In this document: positions 48,691 through 57,656 of the stretch, one piece after another
Layout of the letters: each line of letters starts with the position of its first letter
Position numbering within the stretch: position 1 is the first letter of the stretch
Virus record (IMG/VR): IMGVR_UViG_3300037808_001516
Coordinates: 79,906 to 143,905 of that record
Strand: one strand, 5' to 3'
Length of the DNA: 64,000 nucleotides
Origin: a virus
Program-made: the position numbers and the translations under genes
Notes under the pieces: generated by a model
Seen by the model: only the letters and a program-made list of their open reading frames with translations
The model's database searches: none
Told to the model about the DNA's origin: nothing

Positions 48691-49104
48691 ATGAATGAGA
48701 TACAACTTTACTCTATAATAATGTTTTTTACCGGCGTGGCCCTGACGCATGCAGTTTTTTATTTTGACAAGAAAAGAAAACGAAAAAGGTTTTACATTTT
48801 TATGTCTGCATCTATACTACAAGTTTTAGACAGTATTGACTTAGCACACAAAGCTGCAATTGATTTTATAGCAGAACAGTCAAAAACACTTGAAGATTCG
48901 CAGAAACAAGAGTACTTAGAAGAAGAGGGCAAAAAACTTTCTACGTTTATGGAACTCTATGTTTTGCTTTTTATAAACGCTGTACCACCAGCCGGACGCA
49001 AACACATAAGTTTCAGATCTTGGTCGGAAGCTCGGGCCCTCATTGAAAAGATGCGAGGGTTTCTGAAAGATGAGAAAAGTAAAGGGCGAACATTGGAAAG
49101 TTGA
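48691..49104 (+). CDS. Hypothetical membrane-anchored protein
   Basis: N-terminal hydrophobic helix followed by KKRKRKR. Confidence 0.55.
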   Translation: MNEIQLYSIIMFFTGVALTHAVFYFDKKRKRKRFYIFMSASILQVLDSIDLAHKAAIDFIAEQSKTLEDSQKQEYLEEEGKKLSTFMELYVLLFINAVPPAGRKHISFRSWSEARALIEKMRGFLKDEKSKGRTLES

Positions 49105-49318
49105 CGAAAGAACGATAAGGATCCAAATCAAAACAGATGAGGAACAGTGCAAATTGGAAGAAGCGTTACCTGGATGGCAGTGCGTTTCATATGGATATGT
49201 TCCTAAAACCAGTGAAGATATCTATGTATTTGAAAGGGAGTTTGACTCAGACAAAGAATGGATGAGTTTTAAAAATTCCGACAAGATAACTAATTTAATA
49301 GAAATGAGAGAGGTATAA
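49070..49318 (+). CDS. Hypothetical protein
   Basis: ORF in operon. Confidence 0.5.
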   Translation: MRKVKGEHWKVDERTIRIQIKTDEEQCKLEEALPGWQCVSYGYVPKTSEDIYVFEREFDSDKEWMSFKNSDKITNLIEMREV

Positions 49319-49319
49319 T

Positions 49320-50009
49320 ATGACTAAAAGAGTATCAGCAATTCCAAAGAAGAAAAAGAAGAAGAAGAAGCAAGATGAATTTACCCAGGAGGATAAACAA
49401 GTTGTAATTATAAATAACATACAACCTCCGTCGCATTCCGAGCCCGAGCCAAGGACAATAAACCTTTATGGAGACATATCAGAACTAAAAGGCGCCGACG
49501 TCGTCGCAGCTTTACTGTACCTGGAGAACACCTCCCACACGATCTCTCCGAAAGACCCCAAAGACCCAGAGTCTGATCAGGTCATCATTGCCCGCTCAAT
49601 AGCTATGATGGTGTCAACTCATGGAGGAACTGCTTCCGACATGTTTTCGATTCTTGATATCATGGACATGGTCAAGGAGAGAACGTGCGACATTGAAACT
49701 TTTGGTATAGGAAAAGTGATGTCAGCCGGCGTCCCCATTCTTGCTGCAGGAACAAAGGGTAAGCGAAAAGTTGGCCGAAACTGTCGTATCATGCTTCACA
49801 ATGTGATGGCTGGCACCGGCGGAACAATCTTTTCGATGGAGAATGAACTGGAAGAGATAAAGTGGATTCAGGAGAGGTATATTGAGACGTTAGCAAGTTA
49901 TACCAACCTGACGCCATCAAAGATAAAGAAGCTTCTCAAGACGCAGAAAGATGTTTACATCTCTGCGGAAGAAGCAATAAAAATGGGCATTGCAGACGAA
50001 ATTATCTAA
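49320..50009 (+). CDS. clpP: ClpP-family protease subunit
   Basis: STHGG, GKVMSAG (catalytic Ser), IMLH, DVYISAEEAIKMGIADEI. Confidence 0.9.
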   Translation: MTKRVSAIPKKKKKKKKQDEFTQEDKQVVIINNIQPPSHSEPEPRTINLYGDISELKGADVVAALLYLENTSHTISPKDPKDPESDQVIIARSIAMMVSTHGGTASDMFSILDIMDMVKERTCDIETFGIGKVMSAGVPILAAGTKGKRKVGRNCRIMLHNVMAGTGGTIFSMENELEEIKWIQERYIETLASYTNLTPSKIKKLLKTQKDVYISAEEAIKMGIADEII

Positions 50010-50029
50010 TTATTGAGAGGAGTTTTAAC

Positions 50030-51538
50030 ATGCCAAATACTATTACAAGCAAAAATGATCTATTCGCCCTTTTTGAAGAGGTGTTTCAAGACTGGACAGA
50101 AGGGACATCAGCACTGACAGAGATGTCAGACAAGGCCAGAAAAAAAGAGGCTGAGAAATTCCTGTTATCTCTCCCTAAGTTCACGCCAACTGAAGCCTGG
50201 GGAAACCCAGAGTCTACGGGACGCAAGACTATCAACAGAATCTTTTCTGTGATCGGCGGTGGAGCTTCGGTTGAAGGTAAGCTGGCATACCTCCAGAGAA
50301 TTACAGATGTAAACAACAGAATTACTTCTCCAAGAAGAGTTATAGCCTCTCTGATAATGTTAGAGGCGCTGGCTGCGATCATTTCGGACTTTAACGAAGC
50401 ATCCGCTGGTTTTGTATTTGAAGGCTGGTTATCTGCTCTACTTCAGGGTAGACAAGAGGCGGAGAGAACAGACAAAGGCAATCTCCCCATTCAGGATTTG
50501 GTCGCCTTCACACAACTCAAAGAGGGTACCCCCACCGTCCCTGTGAGTTTGAAGCTTTTGAGTCCAAAGACGAAAGTAGAGGGAAGTTACACTAACCTAG
50601 TTGACGCACTATTCGACGAGCCCGAATTCGGAGGTCGGATGTATTATGTCGTCGCCAGAAAGCTAGAGAATCACATTGTAGTTGAAGGGTTTGACATTAA
50701 TAGAGGAAACTTTATAGACCTTATGACCTTACAGGGCGGAGCAAAGGGCACTACAAAACTGAAAGGTTCAGGCGCCGTATTGTTCGAAGTTTCGGACACT
50801 GCAATACTTCGTAAACACGGACTCAGAAGGGGCGATGCACAAAGCGTCATAGACCTTTTGAAATCCCTAGACGGAAAACCAGACGAACAATATGAGATTC
50901 TCATGAGAACCGCTGGCTATACACAGCTTTCACGCAAGCTAGCTCAGATTGAAAAAGAGAAAGACCAAGAACAAGGACAAGAAGATCAAAATTTTGAAGA
51001 TCCCGAAATCCAGCGTCTGGCTAAAAAGTTCAATCTAAAGAAAGACCCTCAATCCGAAAAAGAGGAAAACCTCCTCCGCGCCCAGGAAAAAGCAGGCGTA
51101 TCGAGACCTCGAAAATCATCAGGATCATATCGCTCCTCTAATAGTTTGAGAGAAGCTGCAATCAAAAGATACAGCGATAGAGAAAGACTGCTTACAGAAT
51201 CAAGTCAAACTCAGTGGACTCTATCTGTATCTCAGATTGATGTACTGGTCAAACATGGTGTCATCGAACTGGCTACTCTCGGCGAGCTTCCAAAGACCAG
51301 GGATATGGTTATAGAGGTTGCTACGATGCACATGGATACCGTAAGAGACAAATTCATGATTCTCTTCAAAGCTTTCGCTGACTTGAATGATAACATCAAC
51401 AAGTATATTACGTTTCCCAAAAGAAACGAGGCAATCAAGGCAGGTGAGCGCGCCATAAGCGACACCGGCGTGATTCAGAAAGAGATTCAAGACAACGTCC
51501 AGGCCGACGAAGTGGCAGCCGAAGAAGATTTAGATTAA
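50030..51538 (+). CDS. Hypothetical protein, possible virion-internal nuclease-fold protein
   Basis: Late-like box at 50005; GFVFE..IQD..VSLK; L-x-E sites. Confidence 0.45.
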   Translation: MPNTITSKNDLFALFEEVFQDWTEGTSALTEMSDKARKKEAEKFLLSLPKFTPTEAWGNPESTGRKTINRIFSVIGGGASVEGKLAYLQRITDVNNRITSPRRVIASLIMLEALAAIISDFNEASAGFVFEGWLSALLQGRQEAERTDKGNLPIQDLVAFTQLKEGTPTVPVSLKLLSPKTKVEGSYTNLVDALFDEPEFGGRMYYVVARKLENHIVVEGFDINRGNFIDLMTLQGGAKGTTKLKGSGAVLFEVSDTAILRKHGLRRGDAQSVIDLLKSLDGKPDEQYEILMRTAGYTQLSRKLAQIEKEKDQEQGQEDQNFEDPEIQRLAKKFNLKKDPQSEKEENLLRAQEKAGVSRPRKSSGSYRSSNSLREAAIKRYSDRERLLTESSQTQWTLSVSQIDVLVKHGVIELATLGELPKTRDMVIEVATMHMDTVRDKFMILFKAFADLNDNINKYITFPKRNEAIKAGERAISDTGVIQKEIQDNVQADEVAAEEDLD

Positions 51539-51545
51539 AAACCCC

Positions 51546-51574
51546 TTGACATTTCAACCGAAATGCATTATAGT
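51546..51574 (+). promoter_or_regulatory. Sigma70-type promoter of groEL
   Basis: TTGACA-17 nt-TATAGT. Confidence 0.8.
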
Positions 51575-51604
51575 ATATACATACCAACATGAAAGCGAGT
51601 CAAA

Positions 51605-53173
51605 ATGACAACACAACTAAGCCATGGACCTGAACTCCGCAACAAGGTTCTCGACGGCGTAAACACTCTAGCGGATTACGTAGCAACAACACTCGGACCC
51701 AAAGGACAAAATGTTCTTATCCACCAAAAGGATAGACGACCCTTCGTTACGAAAGACGGCGTGACCGTAGCACAAAATGTGAACTTTGAAGACCCGCATA
51801 TGAATGCTGGTGCAGAGGTGGTGAAACAAGTATCTGCAATGACCAACGCAGAAGCAGGAGACGGAACTACAACCTCGACAGTTTTGGCTAGGGAGATTCT
51901 GGTTCAAGCTAACAAATACATTGCCTCCGGTACATCCCCTATTGAAATCAAACGCGGACTAGAGCAGTGTCTTAGTGAAGCAGTACAAGTGATTGATGAA
52001 ATTTCACAGCCAATTTCTTCTGCAGAAGACGTGAGGCATATCGCGACAATTTCAGCGAACAACGACGAGGCCATCGGCACACTTGTCGCCACTGCAGTAG
52101 ACAAGGTAGGTAAGAATGGCTCCATCACAATTGAGGAGGCACGCTCTCTAGAGACGAGTTTGGATCTTGTAGAGGGTTTTAGATTTGACAGCGGCTATGC
52201 CGCCACTGCGTTCATTACGGACGACAGACGTGGAATCTGCCGCTATGAGAACCCGATGTTCTTGATTACCGACACAAAAGTAGACCAAGTCAACCAGATT
52301 TTACCTGCTTTGGAAATCGCTGCTCGCGAATCCCGGCCATTCATCATCGTCGCAGAAGAAGTGGAAGGTCAAGCCTTGGCTGCACTAATTATGAATACTA
52401 TGCGCGGATCGATGAAGGTTGCCGCTGTAAAGGCTCCTCGCTACGGGGAAGAAAGAAGAGCAATAATGAGCGACCTATCGGTATCAACAGGCGCAAAGTT
52501 TTTTCAACAGTCGATGGGTCACAACCTCACTGAGGTTTCCTTGACTGATTTTGGAAAGGCTGCTAGTGTGGAGATCACCAAGAACACGACTACTGTCGTA
52601 GACGGTGAAGGGGACTATGAAAAAGTTGATGAGACTATTGAGAAGATCAAAGTCGAAATACAACAAACTGACGACATCCATGAAGCGGGACGACTCCAAG
52701 ATCGTGTTACTCGTCTCTCTTCTGGTGTTGCTATCATCCGTGTTGGTGCTTCATCTGAAGTAGAGATGATTGAAAAGAAGCATCGTATCGAAGATGCCTT
52801 GGAGGCAGTCAGGTCGGCACAACAAGAAGGAATCGTACCTGGAGGTGGTATGACCCTGCTTCGTGTATCTAATTCGATTAACCCCAATTTCGACACAGAA
52901 GAGCAATCATCAGCACTCTCCATTTTCAAACGCGCGCTCGAAGCACCCTTTAAGACTATGGCTGAAAACGCCGGACTATCTCCGGAGGTTAGCTCATTAA
53001 TGGTCAGTGATGTTGGGGATTGGATGGGCATCAACTTTTCAAGTGGGAAGCTTTCAGATTTGAAAGCATCGGGTGTGTTAGACCCTGCAAAGGTCACTCG
53101 CTGCGCAATGAAAAATGCCGTGTCTGTCGCTGGCACACTTTTGTTGACAAACCACAGCATTGTCCACTCATAA
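51605..53173 (+). CDS. groEL: Chaperonin GroEL
   Basis: TLGPKG, TKDGVTVA, AGDGTTT, FDSGY, KAPRYG, EGIVPGGG, DPAKV. Confidence 0.97.
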   Translation: MTTQLSHGPELRNKVLDGVNTLADYVATTLGPKGQNVLIHQKDRRPFVTKDGVTVAQNVNFEDPHMNAGAEVVKQVSAMTNAEAGDGTTTSTVLAREILVQANKYIASGTSPIEIKRGLEQCLSEAVQVIDEISQPISSAEDVRHIATISANNDEAIGTLVATAVDKVGKNGSITIEEARSLETSLDLVEGFRFDSGYAATAFITDDRRGICRYENPMFLITDTKVDQVNQILPALEIAARESRPFIIVAEEVEGQALAALIMNTMRGSMKVAAVKAPRYGEERRAIMSDLSVSTGAKFFQQSMGHNLTEVSLTDFGKAASVEITKNTTTVVDGEGDYEKVDETIEKIKVEIQQTDDIHEAGRLQDRVTRLSSGVAIIRVGASSEVEMIEKKHRIEDALEAVRSAQQEGIVPGGGMTLLRVSNSINPNFDTEEQSSALSIFKRALEAPFKTMAENAGLSPEVSSLMVSDVGDWMGINFSSGKLSDLKASGVLDPAKVTRCAMKNAVSVAGTLLLTNHSIVHS

Positions 53174-53203
53174 ATACTAGTTAATACTGCGGAGGGTTGT
53201 ACA

Positions 53204-53470
53204 ATGGTGGAGCAAGAGTACATGTTGGACATGCAGTCAAAGTTAGATAGAGTTTGTAACGGCATCGAAGTTATGAGCGACAAGCAAGAGCAAATGTCGG
53301 AAGACATAGGTAAGATAAAAGAGGCGGTGTATAATCCGGACCAAGGACTCTATGCAAGAATAAGAGAGTTAGAGACTTGGAAGAGGACATCGTCAAGGAT
53401 GATATGGACGCTTTTTACAACAATGATAGGTTTAATCGGCGCATTTATTTTGAAGAACTTGGGTATTTAA
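53204..53470 (+). CDS. Coiled-coil plus C-terminal TM protein (holin/XhlA-like)
   Basis: GLYARIRELE followed by a hydrophobic helix; late-like box at 53176. Confidence 0.5.
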   Translation: MVEQEYMLDMQSKLDRVCNGIEVMSDKQEQMSEDIGKIKEAVYNPDQGLYARIRELETWKRTSSRMIWTLFTTMIGLIGAFILKNLGI

Positions 53471-53758
53471 ATGTTAGTAGAGATAAAGAGATTGTTAATA
53501 GAAAATGACGGATACAAAAGAGATGTATCTTTGAAGAGAATGTATATCAATTCTTCCAGTATTGTTTCAATATCAGATTACGCCGGCGCCACAAAATTTT
53601 TGTTAAGAGAAAACTCCAACTTCGCGCAAGAAAAGTTTTCGGTTATAAAATTAAACGAAGGCGGAAAGACTGATGAAATAATAGCATTTGGCAGCGCAAA
53701 GCAGATCTACAAGTCTATAGACACCAAAACAGACGGAAAGCAACAATTAAATGGATAG
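53471..53758 (+). CDS. Hypothetical protein
   Basis: ORF in operon. Confidence 0.5.
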   Translation: MLVEIKRLLIENDGYKRDVSLKRMYINSSSIVSISDYAGATKFLLRENSNFAQEKFSVIKLNEGGKTDEIIAFGSAKQIYKSIDTKTDGKQQLNG

Positions 53759-53990
53759 ATTTATAATAATAGGCAGGACAAACTGCCCATTCTGTGTAAA
53801 GGCGATAGAGTATTGCAACGCGAAACAAGCAGAGCATATCTTTCTTAACTACATCGACACTCCAGACGTGCTGGAAGAATACAAAGAGTTTCACGACCAA
53901 CCAACTGTGCCGATTATCTTAGCCAATAACATGCTGTCAGGATACACTAAAAAAGTGGGCGGATACTCAGACTTGTTGGAATATTTATAA
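53751..53990 (+). CDS. Glutaredoxin
   Basis: CPFC, TVPII, VGGYSDL. Confidence 0.9.
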   Translation: MDRFIIIGRTNCPFCVKAIEYCNAKQAEHIFLNYIDTPDVLEEYKEFHDQPTVPIILANNMLSGYTKKVGGYSDLLEYL

Positions 53991-54325
53991 TGAATTCCAA
54001 GACGACACCCGTAAAGGTGAGTGTATTAAGGGTCTTGCACAAGGGGCTAAAGCCCATAATCCACAGGCTGGACTCAGTGTTGCAGGATTATTACAGAGAA
54101 GCCATCTTGCTATCTCAAGCTGAACTCACCGCGGTCTTGGAGTTTAGATCGGCAGCATCCACTGTGGAACTTCTGATGTTGGATTACTTTGAGCAAGTAG
54201 AAGAGCACAAGGTCGACACCTTGTATTTGCCGAACAAGGAATTCCAGCTTTTACTAGATTTGTCGAAAACCGCAGAGCTAGCGTATCGAGCCCCCCTCGC
54301 GCTCTCCGGACTCTGGACACACTGA
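53990..54325 (+). CDS. Hypothetical protein
   Basis: Translationally coupled ORF. Confidence 0.5.
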   Translation: MNSKTTPVKVSVLRVLHKGLKPIIHRLDSVLQDYYREAILLSQAELTAVLEFRSAASTVELLMLDYFEQVEEHKVDTLYLPNKEFQLLLDLSKTAELAYRAPLALSGLWTH

Positions 54326-54663
54326 TGAATCTTTACATTGGAATAGCACTTGTATTTGTTGGTCAAATTATAGGATGGTTTCAACTTAACTCGCAGTATC
54401 TATCTGAATGGTGGGCAGGCAAGCCCTGGATCACTGCACTCTTGTTGGGTGCTCCATGTTCTGTAGCGTTCTGGTATTCTTGGAAGTTTATTGTAGATGA
54501 AACAGGCTCTGCCTGGACCGCCAGGTTCATAGGGTCTTCTGCTGGTCTTATCATATTCCCTATCCTTACGTGGTTTTTGTTGGGTGAATCGATGTTTACT
54601 CCGAAAACTATGATTTGTTTTAGCCTTGCTATTCTTATAATCCTAATCCAATTGTTTTGGTAA
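54325..54663 (+). CDS. Four-TM membrane protein (DMT/SMR-like)
   Basis: Four hydrophobic helices; LTWFLLGE motif. Confidence 0.6.
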   Translation: MNLYIGIALVFVGQIIGWFQLNSQYLSEWWAGKPWITALLLGAPCSVAFWYSWKFIVDETGSAWTARFIGSSAGLIIFPILTWFLLGESMFTPKTMICFSLAILIILIQLFW

Positions 54664-54697
54664 ATACTATTTATAGTAAAAAGGTCTCAACATCACT

Positions 54698-56470
54698 ATG
54701 AACTTCAACAACACATGGCGTAATTACGTCGCAAAACCCCTAAAGCGAAAGCCAAGCCCACTCGTGGAGCAGTATCTCGCAAATCTACAACTCATTCTTG
54801 AGGGCAGACTCTCTGACGCAAAAGCCGCAGCAAAAATTGCTAACGAAGCAGGCGAAGTAGACGCAATGTTAGCTGCGCTGAAAGCAGAGTTCGGTAAGGA
54901 CGCTGGAAAGTATCTTTTGTTCGCGGCAAAGGCTTTGGAGATGGGCCACAAGTCAGCAGGAACTAACCCAAAACAACACTTCAAAGAAGTTTTGGAGCTG
55001 ATATTGAGATTTCACCTAAACCAGAACAGAAAAGTCAATAAGGTATACCAGGAAAAACTAGCAGGCAAAGACATAAACGGGTATGATTTCAACTCACTGA
55101 AGAAGGCACTCTACTCGGCCAGCGGAAAGAAACACGCAGATGAAAATTCTGAGTTTGTTTATAAAGCCAACGGCATCTCTGCGATACGTCCCTTGACGAC
55201 CAAGGCGTCTTGTTATTTAGGCGGCGAACAATGGTGTATCACGAGAACAGAGAAGAAAAACTATTTCAAGAGCTACACGGAGGAAGAGGGTAAAGCATTT
55301 GTCTTGGTCAAGTTTGATGGCATCGACCCCGGCTCGCTTCACCACCAAATCGTTATGCAGTTCTCAGGGCCAGGTGAGCCAGAGTTCGAAATGTGGTGGA
55401 ACTATGACAACAAAGCACAGGCAGAGTATGACCTCACAAAAGCTATCAAGTCTCACATCGAGGGTATGGGAGAGGACTTCGAGCCAGAACTACAAGACAA
55501 ACAACTGCTCGCCAGAGGACCAGGGCACGATATGTCCGATGATTTGTTTATGGATTTACACAACGCAGCATTCGAGGCTGTAAGAATGAACCCGCCAGCG
55601 GACCCAATCGAAAGAATCACTCAAATGGCCAACGAAGAGGCTGAGGAATTCAATAGAACTACAGGAGACGTATCGCTTGAGTATGAAGTCAGGATGACTG
55701 AAGCAAGTGAAATCGGTGTCTTCTTCCAGGCCGACCTAAATCTAGAATTCTACGACGAAAGGTTTGAAGAGTTTCTCAAGAATAAGGATTCGTTCTTCTA
55801 CTCGAAATTAGGAGAAGACTTGGATGCTTATATGAAGCAGACAGGGATACACAACCTTGAGTTGAAAGACTTCTATCAGAAGGAAGAGTCTATTATGATG
55901 GAGTTTAGTATATCTGACGAAACCGCAACTATGCAAGGAGGAGGATACAACATTGAGTCTTTTGTGTCTTTCCTTGCCGATGCAAAAGACGCGGAGCAAA
56001 CAGACGGCCCAGACATAATGAACGCCATGGAAAAGATGATTGCTGCAAGAGCAAAGAGCGAAGGTGTAGAGCCATTAGACAACCAGTTCGAGAACACATT
56101 CTACTCTAACCTAGAGACACAGCTCCTTGGGGAAGAAAAAGGAAGAAGCAGGCAGAGAGGCATCTACAAGTTTCATTGCATGGTATCTTACGGTCTTACC
56201 ACTGGCGGCGACAGGACAAGAGGTCTTGACGATGTTTTAGCAGATATTCGTGCATTACCCAACGTTACCATAGTTACGGTTGCGATAAGAAACGAGAAGA
56301 TCGCAGAGGGAAGGTACATCGCTGGACTGGCCATAAAATTCATTCCATCTGTTCCTGGAGATATGAACCAACCCGAACTGGTAAAGTCGCGAATAGTTAG
56401 GGACATAAAGCGAATAGACAATGTTCAATCCCTCTTTAAACTGTCGGCAGGCTTGCAAAGGCTAGAATAA
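54698..56470 (+). CDS. Hypothetical multidomain putative head-internal protein
   Basis: Late box at 54666; WRNY..LVE..LILEGR N-terminus; PLT..ASC..G...WCI motif. Confidence 0.5.
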   Translation: MNFNNTWRNYVAKPLKRKPSPLVEQYLANLQLILEGRLSDAKAAAKIANEAGEVDAMLAALKAEFGKDAGKYLLFAAKALEMGHKSAGTNPKQHFKEVLELILRFHLNQNRKVNKVYQEKLAGKDINGYDFNSLKKALYSASGKKHADENSEFVYKANGISAIRPLTTKASCYLGGEQWCITRTEKKNYFKSYTEEEGKAFVLVKFDGIDPGSLHHQIVMQFSGPGEPEFEMWWNYDNKAQAEYDLTKAIKSHIEGMGEDFEPELQDKQLLARGPGHDMSDDLFMDLHNAAFEAVRMNPPADPIERITQMANEEAEEFNRTTGDVSLEYEVRMTEASEIGVFFQADLNLEFYDERFEEFLKNKDSFFYSKLGEDLDAYMKQTGIHNLELKDFYQKEESIMMEFSISDETATMQGGGYNIESFVSFLADAKDAEQTDGPDIMNAMEKMIAARAKSEGVEPLDNQFENTFYSNLETQLLGEEKGRSRQRGIYKFHCMVSYGLTTGGDRTRGLDDVLADIRALPNVTIVTVAIRNEKIAEGRYIAGLAIKFIPSVPGDMNQPELVKSRIVRDIKRIDNVQSLFKLSAGLQRLE

Positions 56471-57078
56471 TGAGAAAGACCACCCAAGAGTTCAGAAGAG
56501 AAAATCTAAAAGATCTTTTTGAAAAAACACTCAAAGCAAGACAGATAAAGCTGGAGCCACTTGATATATCAGTGAAAGAGTCGTGGAACAACGATTTCAC
56601 TGTTGTCGAATTGGTAGTCAATGAGACGTATTCAGGTGACCAGCGCTGCCGAGAGATAATAGAAGACAAGGCGAAGGGATTCGTCGACGGAATGTTTAAA
56701 GCGTGCCATAGTCAGTATGCTGAGGAGCACCCCAGCTTGAACAACATAAGACTTGTTGACTACCAAGTTGAGCCAAGATTCAACAAACCAAACAGAACTA
56801 TGGGTTCTGACGCGGAAACAGAAGTGACGATCATGGTGGAAGTCAAAGACCATGGTGTGGCAGAGTTCAGTTATATCTCTAGATCGATATTATATTCCAG
56901 CTTTGTCGCGACACTTGAGGCGTTCCAGTTTTATATTAACTGCGACAATGCATTTAGGAAAATCAAATCAGTTTTGGAGGATGCACAAGCCAGAAATCGC
57001 GCGGACATTGAGCAGTTGTGCATGTCTGAGTTGGCCATGTTAACAGGGGTCAACACTTATGTGCAAAAAAAAACCTAG
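56470..57078 (+). CDS. Stand-alone LeuA/CimA-type allosteric (regulatory) domain protein
   Basis: KGFVDGMFKA...HPSLNNIRLVDYQV...GSDAETEVTI...SRSILYSSFVATLEAFQF. Confidence 0.6.
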   Translation: MRKTTQEFRRENLKDLFEKTLKARQIKLEPLDISVKESWNNDFTVVELVVNETYSGDQRCREIIEDKAKGFVDGMFKACHSQYAEEHPSLNNIRLVDYQVEPRFNKPNRTMGSDAETEVTIMVEVKDHGVAEFSYISRSILYSSFVATLEAFQFYINCDNAFRKIKSVLEDAQARNRADIEQLCMSELAMLTGVNTYVQKKT

Positions 57079-57184
57079 ATGGCCACTCGCCTTTGCCTCC
57101 GTGTTCCTAGCTGTCGCAATGTATATTATTAAAAATTATGTGTAGTCTGCTTGGTCTCTTTCCTAATTATGAGAGAGGAGCACC

Positions 57185-57481
57185 ATGCGAGGAGACAATC
57201 TTAAAATTGGAGACCTGGTCACTCACGTTCTGTACGGGAGAGGTTGGGTTGGGATAATAGTAGACTTCAAGCAGGAAAAAGAAGAGTCGAAAGAGAAGAG
57301 AAGACGTAAAGCGCTAGTTCAACTACAGCCAGGCACAGAGCATGAGAATTTTTTCAAAAGATCTTTGAGATATGAAAAACTAAACGACAACCTGGGATAC
57401 GTATCGGTTCACTGGCTTTTCAATATAAAGGAAACGAATGGAAACCCTGGATCTCCACGGGACGAGACACCACCAAGTTGA
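57185..57481 (+). CDS. Small SH3/KOW-like protein
   Basis: LKIGDLV...VGIIVD; GAGGAG RBS. Confidence 0.5.
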   Translation: MRGDNLKIGDLVTHVLYGRGWVGIIVDFKQEKEESKEKRRRKALVQLQPGTEHENFFKRSLRYEKLNDNLGYVSVHWLFNIKETNGNPGSPRDETPPS

Positions 57482-57656
57482 CGATGTGGTGAGGAGCTTT
57501 CTTAACTTCGTAAACTTGCCCTGTCAAATCGTAACCGGAAACTCTCCCGAGATGAAAAATATAGTTAAAAAAGTTGTAGAAGAATACGAGTGGTTTTGCT
57601 ACGAGAAAGATAGTTATAATCATGGGACACTAATAATAACGGAGAAAATTACATGA
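57438..57656 (+). CDS. Smr-domain protein
   Basis: TLDLHG, IVTG, MK..V, N.GTLII. Confidence 0.8.
   Translation: METLDLHGTRHHQVDDVVRSFLNFVNLPCQIVTGNSPEMKNIVKKVVEEYEWFCYEKDSYNHGTLIITEKIT

Noticed and set aside
49320-53173. Cellular (host) origin suggested by groEL, clpP, dnaE, recA and guaB
   Set aside because: The genes are divergent, single-stranded in orientation, interleaved with phage-type ORFs and promoter boxes, and contiguous with the virion module
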